64,000 nucleotides of DNA, taken from the NCBI RefSeq assembly GCF_006345805.1, contig NC_043007.1:6820001-6884000 (forward strand), in the 5' to 3' direction. Positions within the stretch are counted from its first letter, which is position 1. Every line of letters starts with the position of its first letter. Shown piece after piece: positions 1 to 14,062 of the stretch. The position numbers and the translations under genes were made by a program. The stretch comes from Octopus sinensis. Its lineage: Eukaryota. The notes under the pieces were generated by a model. The model made no database searches. It was not told the origin of the DNA and saw only the letters and a list, made by a program, of their open reading frames with translations.

Positions 1-82
1 TTTCACCGCTCATGAAGAATTACTATTAATTCTATCTACATATCAAACTAATAACGTTCACACACACACACACACACACATG

Positions 83-193
<111 letters not shown>

Positions 194-1160
194 CGTGTAT
201 GTATGCATATAGAGGTGTATTCTTATATATAAGTGTGTGTGTGCGTGCGTGGGAGTGTGTGTGTGTGAAACTATATATGTATAGATACTTAATCTCGATC
301 GCTTCACCAGAAACAATGTATTTTTTATCGACAATTTATGGAGGAAATTCTGCGATGAAGCCGTTTAAATCAGAACATAAATAATAAAATGTCACGTGAC
401 ATCGTCTTCTGATTTCTCATGATTTTCCGTCTGATTTATTCGTCGTCAAAAACATGTGATTGCAATTCTCTTGACGAGATATTAGCTTTAAGATAAATTG
501 AAAATACCATTATCGGATGCATCTCTGAATGAGAGTTAAGTGTCGAATATATAATTGTTGAAGAGAAGACAAGAAAAACAAAATGGTTTTAAGCCAAGAG
601 AGTATCAGGCTTAAGATATAAGAATGCATCATTGGGTCAGAAATTTATACATACGCAGATAATTTTAAATGAGAAAAGTATTCATAAAAATTTGACAATC
701 ATTACAGTTGAAATAACTAGAAAATATATTTAAAATTCACAAAATATAGAAAAAAAAATAGTCAATGGCTGCAAAATATAACACAATAAAAAGATAATCA
801 AATTGAATAGAACGATTGTAAAACATTTCCGTCTATTTATAAAACGAAAATAAAGAAACAAAAGATTTCCTGGTTTACTAAATTTGTAAGTTCCTCGGTT
901 ATTTCTTGGCAGATGAGATAATTTGCAACTTGATCGAATCTTATTTAATTTCATAAACAATTACACGCAATTTTTCAGCTACATACATTTTGTATTTAAC
1001 GTCATTAATACAAATAATTTACTACATAAACAATGAACAACCTATTTCATCTTTGGCACAAAATTCGAATATCTACCATTACGCTAACGATTTTAAGGCA
1101 ATAGCATGGGATGCTTCAAGAAGACCCGCAACATTTTATTATTTAACCTAAGGTGGTATT

Positions 1161-1345
1161 AAGACGATGAGCTGGTAGAATCTTTAACACCCCGTCAAAA
1201 TGCTTAGCGGCATTTCGTCCGTCTTTTCGTTCTGAGTTCAAATTCTGCCGAAGTCGACTTTGTCTTTCACCTGGTTCGGTCAATGAAAAAAGTACCAGTT
1301 GAAGATTGAGGTCGATGCAATCAACCTTCCCCCTCCCCCCGAACA
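1161..1345 (+). mobile_element. SINE family A, diverged
   Basis: gagctggtagaatc...ttctgagttcaaattctgccgaagtcgactttg. Confidence 0.75.
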
Positions 1346-2443
1346 TGCTAACTTCATGCCAAACATTGAAACCAGTATGAAGTGATATTTCGCTGCCATT
1401 CATTGTTCAGGTGTGCCAAGCACATATGAGTAATGTGAAATTTTTTAACGTTTTCTTATTAAGGCACCAGGCCAGCTATTTTGGTGATCGGCGGTGAGTC
1501 AATACCACCGAACACAGTAATTGTTACCGAAAGATTGAAATGCGCTTCGACACAAGTTCGGTTCACGACGTAAAGAGCCAGAACAATGCCGCAAAAGCGT
1601 TTCTTTCCAACACTTTAATTAATGGCACAACTCACCACTTTTATATAACGTTTAATTGATACGAACCTGTATGCGATATATCTATGCAACTTGAAGACAT
1701 ATTACTAAACAGTAGTTTCCTACCTGTGAATGAAGTCATATACATTACTGGCATCTAATTGCCATTGAACGTGACATACTAATGTAATTACATATATTAA
1801 TACAATTAAAAACAAAATTGCATAATTAAATTGAGAGATAAATTAATATAACAGCGAGGAAATATATTTACAGCACGTTACCATTTTATAATATTCTAGT
1901 CCACCGCCATCCCACCCATTTACTTCCAAGTTCAATTAAAGAGAGTCTTGAAATTGGTAAGATGTGTAAATGGCAGATATTATAATTACTATTCAGTACA
2001 AAATATCAATATTATTGGCATTATAGTTAGGAAAATATAACATTAGCATGAAAATTTATCAAAGTGTGAAGTTGATAACAAAATTTGGTCACCGAACACA
2101 GTTTTTAGATATTTTATTAAACTTTCATAAAAGGCCACACGTGAATATTCTCCTCAGGCCAAAGCTATGTATTGCACTTATTTAAACATGTACCTCATGA
2201 AGCTCTAAACCCCAGCCACATCTGTAAATATCGAACCCCTATTTTGGCATCAACACATCCGCACCTCTTTTCTGACCCACCGCGAAATATCTTTGACAAT
2301 CATCCCGACCTATATATTTTTATAACTTCACGCCATTCTCATTTGACTGATTTCTTCTCTTTATATGTAGTTGTAGTTCTTGAAGGCTTCATGGATATCT
2401 TACCATCACCAAAAATTTGAAGTCTCTGTGATCAATTTTACAA

Positions 2444-2478
<35 letters not shown>

Positions 2479-4282
2479 TGCACTGTGCATGTTTTGGGGT
2501 GGCTGGAGGCGTGTGTGTATAATACGAGGAGAATGGACTATAATGTAAGCAATCCAGAGAAAAAAATTCTCAAAACTACCGAGAAAAATACGAGTAATAT
2601 ACATGACCCATTTCCAGTCAAGCTTATATTAAATCGGAATTGAAAGTTCCGAAATCGGTAAGCCAAGTTCTCCGTTGCCTAGCTTTGTTCGGCTATAAAA
2701 CTAAAACATAGATTTCACCATTTTTACATCATAAAAAATATTTTGATCGTCTCTCACACTGTTTCGGGAAACAAAAAGGAAAGGAATACGCTTAAGAAGT
2801 GATAAATCCGTCATTCCTTATGGAATAAGGGATGCTAAATGTACAGCCCTATTTACAAGGGGCTGGATTGCAATAACCAAAGGCCCTACTGAATGCAAAC
2901 TTATCGAAAGTTTATCATAACTGAGATCTAGATTTTGTCAATATAAACGATTGTTCTGCTTGAAATAGCAGCTCAGTAACCTCAAATTTCACCCACTTTT
3001 ATCAAAAACAGTAAGGCCACATTGATGTTCCAGGTGGGGAAAAAGACACACTGGTTATGAGTGAAAATATGTTTGGTAGCAAACCTACACAGTGATAAAT
3101 GCATAAATTCATAGATGACAAAATGATCAAATCGTCTTTTATACAAAACAATCTTTAATATCGTTTCCAATCGAAGACTCTAGTTTTAAAATGACATCTA
3201 TATCAATATCAAAAGAAAAACCGTGTTTTCAATGACTCTCCAATTTACTGTATCAATTTCTATTGAATTTATCTTTATTCTAGCTGAATCGAAACAGTTC
3301 CTATCATCCGCCCTTCACTACATAAACGTGAAACCTACCAATCTATGCACATATAGTGTCTAGTCTCTGTTTATCTACGTGATTATTGATATAATTCCAT
3401 ATGTATCTCTATTTCCCTGTGTATCAAATGATTTCTCAGCTTTACTCTATACCAGCCAAACACTAATCTATCTATCTATGTATATATATGTGTGTGTACA
3501 TATACATACATACATGCATACTTACATGTATATATATGTATATATATATTACTCGGGAAGTTAAAGGTTATGCCCAGTCATAGAGTGACCATTGGTTTCG
3601 CACCTACTAATTCTTTAGCAGTATAGGCGACTAGTGAGAGTGAAATGGCTGAAGGTGCATAACATGTCTAGAAACTGGAGGAAGAAATACGCAACGTTCA
3701 GTTGGTTTCGTAAACAGAAAACAAACGTCTGCGCTGCAGGCGGAACGGGGTTTTCGAAGTCTGAAGTAGGAAATGTTTTAGATGAGAGCATTGACTGAAT
3801 GACCGCTACACCAGTAACAAGGGAATCACCAGAATCACATCTAGGAATATCAGCCCTGTCTGCGACTCCAGCACCAACAACACTGACATGAAACTCAGAG
3901 TTAACGAATCAATAAAAATTTAAAAGTAAGAAATGAAAATATAAATTATTTTCTCAACGATTTTACTACAAAGTTACGGATAAGTTTGATAAATACTTCA
4001 GTTTAAAAATGTAATTCTTTGTAAACACGATTATCAATAATGTATAATTAACAATAATATTAATACTAATTCTAGAAACAAACTCATCTCCGAAGGTCAA
4101 TATAGAGGAAGAAATACTGATAAACATTAACTATAACAAATGAAGATTTAGAAAAAGAAATGGATTAAATACACAGAGTTGATAAGATATAACATGAAAA
4201 ATAAAAAAGATTGTTTCACAGGAGAATATCAAACGTAACAATGGATCGTCGGATGAGAATTTTAAACACACACATACCCGCA

Positions 4283-4331
<49 letters not shown>

Positions 4332-6334
4332 ACATACACACATACACACATACATGCATGCATGCATGCATACATAATTACATACATACATACATACATA
4401 TACATACATACATACATACATACATACATACATCATACATACATACATACATACATACATACATACATACATACACACAATCACTCACGTTTCCAAACAA
4501 GTTTCATAAAAAAACACCAACAATCTTCAAAGCTGTGATAGTTGTAAAAATAGATTTATGAATTACAGAATTTCGAATAATCAATGGTGAAAAGATGAAC
4601 AAGAATAAAAAAAAAAGGGAACAATGGAAATCTTGAAAGTGAAAAGGGTACAAATTGAAATGAAGGAAGTTCCTTTTGAAATCAATAAACAAACAAGAAG
4701 ATTTTAGTTTTAGCTATTGTTGTCTGTTTGTCGGTGATATGTTTGCAGATGAGTTCATTTGATATTTCATTCAAACTTATTTAATTTTTAAGGGTTCCTG
4801 GTTTAGGCAGGAGGCCAGTATTTTATTTTATTTTTTTTTGTAAGGGCAGTCGATATTAACGATTCTCCATATTCAATTAAATAATCATCGCTATATTCTC
4901 TTTTGTGTTAAAAGTCATTAATAGAAATAGTTAGCAGCGTAAGACAATCAATCAATCGCTTCATACAATATAACAAATACCTACTAATAATGTATCTACA
5001 GGAAAAGGTTAGAATCTCTAGAACAAAGCTGTGAGTTTTCAATGCTTTTCATACAATGGTATTTTGTTGTTATTCACAAGATTTTCACCCTTACGTCGCG
5101 CCATTAACAATAATGGTAGATAGTCATATACGTGTTGTCACGTCTTCAAAATTCCCTTTTCGTTTACTCTGGCCGTGTCTATCTCCCCACTCATTCTTTT
5201 TCATACAGAGACAACCAATCAAGGGTTAGCTTCTTTAATCCAAATTTACGCTAAAATTATGTGGCAACATTAATATATAATGAAATTAACCTGTGTGACA
5301 CACATTCAAATAAATATTCATTCATAAACAACAAAACATGAGTTCTGCAGTGTTTCAATAAATTTTGCACACGAAATATTATGTATTATTGACGTTTATT
5401 TGCTATTGCGCATCACACCTAATACAATTAGAGAAAATGCTTCTATCAAATATAAATAAAGAAAGAAATGAATAAATAAATTAAAGAAAAATGACAGCGC
5501 AGAAGGTTATTAATACCTTGATGCCGCGTTCGAATTTTCAATTTTTTGCTTTTAATATTCAAGTTAATCTGGTTCTGAAAATAGCAAAATATGGAAGAAT
5601 CAGATACTTCACTACAAGTAATCGCTTCGGTTGCAATTGCAGTAAGAGGAATGCCATATTTTCCCCAAAGTATATTAACAGGTTACATCAGTTTTGATAA
5701 TCTAAGCTGCTTTCAGAATTCTTTACGTATTTCCTCTTTTACAGAACTCGCAAAAATTATAAATCGTCATCAAATCAAACATTGATGTACTAGCAGTACA
5801 CAGATTTACGGTCAGGAAAAGTTCCATATAAAATAGATAAAGTTAATCTATAAAATAATAGTTTGGTTATGACAGGGCCAGCTTTGGTCATATTTCTTCT
5901 CGTTCGGGATTTACTAGCGGTTAAAGATTCAGAGTAAACCGCGATAAGCTCACTTGTACATTCGTTTGAAAAGGAAGAACCCAAAAATAAATATTAGTTT
6001 AAAATTTTCGTACAAGGCCAGCAATTTTGATGACGGGAATAAGTCGACTACATCGACTCGAGGGTTCAATTTGTATGTATTTTATCGACCTCTAAACGCA
6101 AAGAGAAACTCGTCGCAATTTTAATGTAAAGACTGACAAAATGCTGTTAAGCATTTTACCTGGGATGGTAATTATTCTTACTTCTTTATTGCCCACAAGG
6201 GGCTACACATAGAGGGGACAATTATAGAGGGGATACTAACTATTCTGCTACCCAACAGCCTTCCTAAAATAAATATTTTTTCAATTATCGAACAACTATA
6301 ATTATTTACTTTTAACTACATGCATACATATGTA

Positions 6335-7541
6335 CAGAGTGGGGAGCCAAATCTTGGAAAATAATAGATAATTCACCAAATTGTTTATTTTGCAACAACC
6401 AGCAAGCTGACATGAATATAATTTCAACAGGAGTTATTATGGATATGAAAAGACAATTTATTCTATATGTTCGCCTTCATTGTTCACCACAGCCTTCACA
6501 CACCGCCTGAAGGCGTCACAATACTTCATGATAAAGTACTCAAACATGTTGTCACACACTTCTCTCAGGACTAGCTTAAGATGATCAACATTCGGATGTG
6601 AAGTTCTATTGGTAGAGTGCTCCAATTTGCCTCATATGGCATAGTCAAGGGGATTCAAGTCTTGGCTGGAAGAAGGCCAAACGTTGGAAGGCCAAAAGTT
6701 GATGAAGTTGCCTTCGCAGAATTTCTGCACTTTTTTCGCTATATGAGCAAGAGAACCATCTTCGGTGCACACATAATTACCGTTGGGGTAAAACCTCATA
6801 CCACAGGACTTTATAATAAACTTCAGTTCCCCGCCACGTTTTCCCCAGACTTGAAAAAATGGAGAGGCATCTTTTTATCCGTCAGATGTCACGACTCCGA
6901 ATACATGACGTGAGCTTGGTCCTAAGGAGGCCCTTTACTTCAAAAGGTGACTTAGCAATGTATCAGTTTAAAACAGCATCAACGGTAGAAATATTTTCAT
7001 CTGAAAAGATGTTGACAGTTTGTCTATTGTGTTTCAGGTATCACAACACTTTTGTAGCCCTTTCATTCTTTCTGACTTTCCTTGCATGGGTCAATAGGTG
7101 TTTCGGGGTCCTCACGTATGACCCCTAACTGTAAATCAGTGTGTACAGTAGTTCTGATGGTCTTTGGATCAAATTTCGTGTCCAAGGGCAGTTTTCTCAT
7201 GGATGTTGTTGGGTCTTTCAAAATTTTGGTTTTCAGAAATTTAATAAATGCATTATCCCATGTTTTTTTAATTTTATTTATTCATGCCTCCACGTTCTTG
7301 CTTTCTCTTGATGCTTCCCATATCCAGCATTCGGTTCTTAACCTTGGCACAAAGCAGATCTGCAATGCGTTGTCTCTTGATTTCTTGAGTGGACATGTTA
7401 GATCGTATGACTGGAACTTCTCTTAAATTAATTCCATATAGCTCTACCCTGAAATAGAAAAACAAACTTTTTTGTATTTACGCTCAGGAATATATGAAAA
7501 ATAAGGATTCCAAAATATTCCAAGTTTTGCCTCCCACCCTG
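6335..7541 (-). mobile_element. Tc1/mariner DNA transposon, DD37D (maT-type), decayed
   Basis: Imperfect TIRs (cagagtggggagccaaatcttggaa at left; rc cagggtgggaggcaaaacttggaa at right), each flanked by TA. Minus-strand transposase remnant inside. Confidence 0.9.
6458..7396 (-). pseudogene. DD37D transposase pseudogene
   Basis: Starts MSTQEIKRQRIADLL. Catalytic region EDGSLAH...WPSSSQDLNPLDYAI*GKLE has 37 residues between the second and third Asp. C-terminus DAFRRCVKAVVNNEGEHIE*. Contains stops and frameshifts. Confidence 0.88.
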
Positions 7542-8727
7542 TACACGAGCATACACCCATACCCACACTCATGTATGCATACATACATTTGTGGCTAAGT
7601 ATATAAACAAAGAAAAAGTCGATGGCGACACCAGATTTTCGGATTACTCACCATAAACAAGTTGACTGAGGAAGCCGAAACTTCGAAGTCACTGTCAACT
7701 TCTTTTGAAACTAAATAGATTTGCGCGCTACTGAAAAGCATTGCTTCATCAATTTAATGTCCAGTTGATTCTCTCTACAAACTCACATTAAAATAAATAT
7801 AATGTGCGTGCATGCGGAGAGAGCAAGAGGGAGAGAGAGAGTGAGGAGGGAAGAGAGAGGGGGAGAGAGAGAGCGACAGAGAGAGATACAGTAAGACAGA
7901 CGAGGATGGAGAGGGAGATATCTACTTGCTAAAGCTGGTGGCCATGTGCAAATGAGACCGGACATTATATAATGAGAGAAGCATTTCGGAGAGAATTTCA
8001 TTCGGCTTCCAGATCCAATTGCGTTACGCGAAATTTCGTCGTTGAATCCTTCAGTTTAGAATCCTTTACAACAAACGCGGTTATCCACAACGAATGTAAA
8101 CCTGTATTTTTCATTGAAATAAAATTAACAAAGTAATCAGAAATAATGATATTATATTATTCTACATTTCACTTAATTATTTCAATGCAAATTCGCAATC
8201 CATTAAACATGTACAATGTAATGGCGATGCTGATGTGTTTGCTCAATAGGCGTGTGTTGATATGAGGCATCGAGAGACTTTGATGTTGCATGTTTTATTG
8301 CGTTTTAAAAAGTTAACGATGTAAAATGGAAATTACTGCAATCCAAAGACAGACGACATATGAATTTGACACAACGCTATTTGCAGAAGCATAACTGTCA
8401 GGAATGTGTCCAATATTACGTGTTTAATTTTGATTCCTGGTCGCCTGGGTTTTCTTTGTCAAGAAAAACACAATTTAGAACATTGAACTGTTCATGCTGA
8501 ATCCAATGAGCGTCAGATCATTGCCAATGGCCACGCAGTAAAATGGGGAAACTGAGACACGCGTTCGATCTTAATCCGTGGGTTTCGACACGCACGGTCC
8601 CTTCAACAATACGGGCATGCATACATACATACACACACACATACATACATGCACGCATATATACATACATACATACAGACAGATAGATAGATACTTACAT
8701 GCATTTATATATATATATAGGTGTGTT

Positions 8728-8779
<52 letters not shown>

Positions 8780-8789
8780 TGTGTGTATG

Positions 8790-8844
<55 letters not shown>

Positions 8845-8857
8845 TATATATATAAAC

Positions 8858-8895
<38 letters not shown>

Positions 8896-9340
8896 ATATA
8901 TATAATTAACAGAATGAGATAAGAATCCAAGGATGTGAAAGATTTCAGAACGTTTATAAAGAGAAGGTCTTACAGCTATTTCCGGGATATTTAAATACAT
9001 ACTGGAACTTACACACAAGGCAAAGTAAACTTATATGTATACTATTCTGCTTAAATAATGGAAACGCAGATATGATATCCCTGTATATCTCCTGTCTGCT
9101 TTCATTCCTCCTCTTCACACTCTATCTTATATCTTCTCTAGAATAACTATTGCTTAACCTTTTCGTCGCACCGTATCCTATAAAGGGATATATTAAATAC
9201 CCCGGAAATTTTTAATATATATGCACGCTAATACATGACCTACGTTGGGCTCCTCATTCGCATAATCACCGAAATTGGTGCTTAACTATAGTCTGTCCAT
9301 AGCACTTAGCATTGCCTGACACTTAGCATTAGCTCATAAT

Positions 9341-9428
<88 letters not shown>

Positions 9429-9432
9429 ATAT

Positions 9433-9640
9433 CGTTTTTGGATTTGATTTGCAACGTTATTTATGTGAGTTCGTGTGTTGAAGCATATTCTGTTGTGTCT
9501 GGAGAGAGTCATTTTCTTTTCATGTCTTATAATGTAACACACTCACCGGTAAAATTTCCACTTTTTTCTTATTTTTATTGTCCTAAAATTTTCGTTGCGT
9601 CTTGCAACCTTTTCAATAGTTTTGACTCTGTCCGTTATTT
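9433..9640 (-). mobile_element. About 200-bp interspersed repeat abutting (TA)n; further copies at 12331-12540 (minus) and 48890-49040 (plus, partial)
   Basis: Shared gtgtgttgaagcatatt.tgttgtgtctgg.gagagtc and ctaaaattttc...aaccttttcaatagt segments. Confidence 0.8.
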
Positions 9641-11787
9641 ACACTGCGTTCCTTTTTGTTTGTTTGTGCGCATGTGTGTGGGTCAGTGAGTGTGTGCCTA
9701 TGCATGCATGCATATACATATATATGTATGCGTGTGTGTGTGTATGTATGTATGTATGTATGTATGTACGTGTGTGTGTATGTATGTACGTATGTATGTA
9801 TGTATGCATGTGTGTGTATGTATACATGTGTTTGTATGCATATGTATATAAGTATGTATGTGTGTACATCTGTACGTATCCTGCATATTTATGTGCTTGC
9901 ATGTCCGGGTTTGTGTATTTTTATGTGTGTGTGTGAGCGTGTGTCTTTATATGTACGCACCTCTGCTTCCTTGTGTGTGCATGTCTGTGTGCGTGTGTGA
10001 TTGTGTGTCTGTTTGGCAACTATGTACTATGTTTGTATGTATGGATGTGCATCTCTATTTGTTTGGAGCCGTGTCTCCATATGTGTTCTTGTGTGGAGTA
10101 ATGTGTGTGTGTAAATGGTCAAATGGTCATGTGTTTCAGTCTCCATTTGCGTATGTGTGCTTGTCTGTTCATATAACCTATGAACCTATCCGTCTGTATG
10201 TTGATCTGTTTAATAAAGGTGTTTCTTCTTTTACCACGGATTGCTTGAAGCTAACTTTCTTCCAACACCTCGGTCCCTGAACCACATATATATATATATT
10301 TATCTACGTGAGTTGGGAGTATTGCTGTCTGGGAGATATCTTATGCTAGTGGAATAGTATTTAACAGCTATTTCTAAATTTCGGTATGTGGTAAATCAAT
10401 TTTGCTGAACTCTAATTATAATTATGCTTATAATGATAGAATTTTTGTATATATATATATATATATGATTATTTGAGGGAATATAAATCCAAACTTACAA
10501 GGAAAAATATTCAATTTCACACAATATAATATATATATATATAATTAGAAAAAAACCCACCTTTTATTAATTCAAATTCAAAATGAACAATTAAATTACA
10601 CCATCTAGAAAACTACATATAATAGAAATATTAAAAATAAAATAACAATAAAATATCAATGATTAAGTAAATATACATACATACATACATACATACATAA
10701 ATACATACATACATACATACATACATAAATAAATACATACATACATACATACATACATACATACATACATACATACATACATACATACATACATACATAC
10801 ATACATACATACATACATACGTACGTGCGTGCATGCATACATGCAGTGAAAGTTTTTGTACTCTTTTTAGTCAGCAGATGGCAAAAGTAATTTGCATCGA
10901 AATAATTATTCCTCTTCATCATGGTGTTGGAACATAATTGAATATTTTAAAGCATCTTGTATCAATCTTAGCATGTTGTCTGTCGGATTTTCTATTCTCG
11001 GGGTCCACCAACTACGTTTAACAAACACAATCGTTACTGGCTTATTATCTATTCACCTTTCGAAAAACAAAAGTTCCATTATTTTTTTCTTTCTTCCCAC
11101 ATTGGTGCATCACTTTACATTTTTATAGGAAGATAAATTTTACACTGAAATATTGATTCTTTGATCAAGAACATAAAGTTGCATAACTTTTAATACAATT
11201 CGTTGGCACGTTCGACCTGCCGAGATCTTACTCCTCGCCTTAACCCTAACTTGTCAATAACATTACCTTAAGATCTTTGCTTTAATGACAGTGTTATGAC
11301 GTCTAGATACAACTCATCATTTCTCTCATACTCCATACTTCTAATGTAATATATCGCACTAACACCGTTTCAATTATTCTCCACCATATTCAATACAATA
11401 CGATGCTACCTTTTATTATATCAACGACAAGACAAAGTGAAATATTTCATCGCGTTATTTTCCTATTTTATCACTGAGTGAATCTCTCTGAGCGACGTTA
11501 TCGACGTTGTTAACGATACTGTAACTCACCATGTGATATTTCTGTGAGTTAATAACGAGAGGAAACCTCTTGATGTGCTCACTGAAGTCTCCATATGATA
11601 TTATATATATTGTTATAAACAGTGATGAATAACTCACAGGAAATATTATCAATATCAATATTGAAATACTAGAGAAGTTCAAACAGAATCTGCTGATAAA
11701 TTATACACATAAGCTCATGTACACCCACGCCCAGGAAGGCAGTCACGTGTATATTTACATCGGAATGAAAATATTTACGAATACATA

Positions 11788-11857
<70 letters not shown>

Positions 11858-11870
11858 CTACATAATATAT

Positions 11871-11936
<66 letters not shown>

Positions 11937-12280
11937 GGTGGTTTAAAAGTAGGTATACAGTTATGAAAAAAGAAGACATGCGCAATACTCATTTATTTTA
12001 TCGAATAATTTTAAAATTACCATAAACTTATTATTTTAGTTATGACAAATGTATTATTATGATTAATGACACTGAAAATATTTAAAAAATGAGGCTAACT
12101 AATTTAATTTATGAAGAATTTTTATGAATTAAGCATAATAACAGCGATGTGATAGTTACTGTATAACTACTTTTGCACCACCGCTGTTTATACATACATA
12201 ATATATATATATATATATCTATATGAATATATAATATATATATATATATATGAATATATATATACATACATATATATATA

Positions 12281-12320
<40 letters not shown>

Positions 12321-12932
12321 TATATATATACTTCGTTTTGGGATTTAGTTTGTAAGATTCTTTATGTGAGTTTGTGTGTTGAAGCATATTTTGTTGTGTC
12401 TGGGGAGAGTCGTTGTTTTCAGTGCCTTATTATTTAACACACTCACTGATAAAGTTTCCACTCCTTTACCTTTTTATTTTCCCTAAAATTTTCATTCCGT
12501 CTTAGAACCTTTTCAATAGTCATTGACTCTGTCCGTTATCCGAGCTGCGTTACTTTTGTTTGTTTGTGCGCATACATATGTATGTATTTTTATATGCATG
12601 TGTGTTATGCATATATGCGTATATATGCATTTATATATATATTATGTATTCTGCATATTCATGTTTGTGTGTTTGCACGTGTGTGTATGTGTGTTTGTGT
12701 GTGTGTACCTATGTTTCCTTGTGTGTGCATGTCTGAGTGTGTCTGTGTATGAGTATATGCTCTCTCTGTATTTATAGATGTATGTCACTTGTTTGAAGTG
12801 AAGTGCGTGTGTATATGGTCGTGTGTTTCAGGATTCGTTTGCGTAAGTCTGTGTGTATGCGTGCTTGTCTGTTCATATTACCCATGTAATCTGATCGGAT
12901 TTGGTAGAACGAAACTCAAAGAAGCCCGTTGC

Positions 12933-12967
<35 letters not shown>

Positions 12968-13093
12968 TGTGTTTGTGTGTGTGTGTGTTATATATATATA
13001 TATGTATGTATGTATGTATGCATTTATGTATGTATTTATATGCATAATATATATATATATAGAACACACAACACACACATATATCATATATAT

Positions 13094-13131
<38 letters not shown>

Positions 13132-13583
13132 ATATATATATGATATACATATATATATAAAACAGTAGATGGGTAATGTGTCAATTCACTACAGCTATTT
13201 CTAAGGAAATTGTAATTGATTAACAGAGACATTGCATCCGTTTTCATGAAGTAAATGCTTGGAACACAACATTTAGAAACTTTCGGAAATCGACGGCATA
13301 TTCACCTTCATGGCTGTAAGGTTCGTAGAATCATGAAGATGCTGATGCTGTTGATAACGGAATCTTTCTAAATGTTCTGCTTCGTATATTCATTTGATGA
13401 AAACGTTTTTTTCTTTAATGAAGTAATGTCTCCATTAATCAATTAAACATTCGTCGGAAATAGTAAATTGACAAATTACCCGTCTCTTCTTATTTACTTG
13501 TTATTCATCTCTCTCGGAAACAGTTGTTTACATAATCTAAAATATATTATGGAACGTGCAGCTATATATTTAAGAGATGAGGA

Positions 13584-13727
13584 ATTATTTACATTATTAC
13601 AATTGACGGATATTTGTCCTCAACTTTTCGGCTGATATACCCTCCAGCTTTCATCAGGTGTCTTGGAGAAATTTCGAACCTGGGTTCTCATTCCTACGGT
13701 ATTCTTCGATGTTATTATTATTATTAT

Positions 13728-13767
<40 letters not shown>

Positions 13768-13864
13768 CATTATTATTATTATTCAGGTCACTGCCTGGAA
13801 TCGAAGTCATAATGTTGGGGTTAGTAGCCTGCGCTCTTAACCAATACTCCTTATGCCCGTAGGC

Positions 13865-13915
<51 letters not shown>

Positions 13916-14062
13916 TCGAAAAATTTCTTAGGAATGAGAACCCAGTTTCGAAATTTCCCCAAGACACCTGAAGAAGGCTGGAGGGTATATCAGCCGAAAC
14001 ATTGTGTTAACAACAAACAAGATGAGGACAAATATCCGTGAAATGTAAATAATGTAAATAAT
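13584..14062 (-). mobile_element. Fold-back element: tRNA-like head (13784-13866, minus) between (AAT)n tracts and two inverted hammerhead-bearing arms
   Basis: Arms 13584-13712 and 13912-14062 are reverse complements. The centre on minus reads tattggttaagagcgcaggctactaacccc...cttcgattcc, with A-box-like, anticodon-loop-like and B-box-like motifs. Confidence 0.75.
13963..14008 (+). ncRNA. Minimal type I hammerhead motif (stem III damaged by probable CpG decay)
   Basis: GACAC-CTGAAGA-A-GGCTG-GAGGGTATAT-CAGCC-GAAA-CATT-GTGTT. The mirror copy at 13626-13662 (minus) has CTGATGA and GAAA-AGTT; together they imply an ancestral GAAACGTT. Confidence 0.62.

Noticed and set aside
8010-8050. Hammerhead-like gcgttacgc-GAAATTTC-GTC; also CTGAAGA/CTGAGGA hits near 29290, 34715, 35070 and 60255
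   Set aside because: Each lacks the core, a pairing stem II or stem I; these hits show the chance background and were excluded.
11531-11692. Possible minus-strand exon (cag acceptor, gtgagt donor, hydrophobic ORF)
   Set aside because: Very AT-rich, contains an equally good internal donor, and the peptide is low-complexity with no recognisable motif.
13784-13866. Functional tRNA gene (also SINE heads at 37282, 51850 and 56984)
   Set aside because: No complete cloverleaf or acceptor stem; these are tRNA-derived repeat heads.
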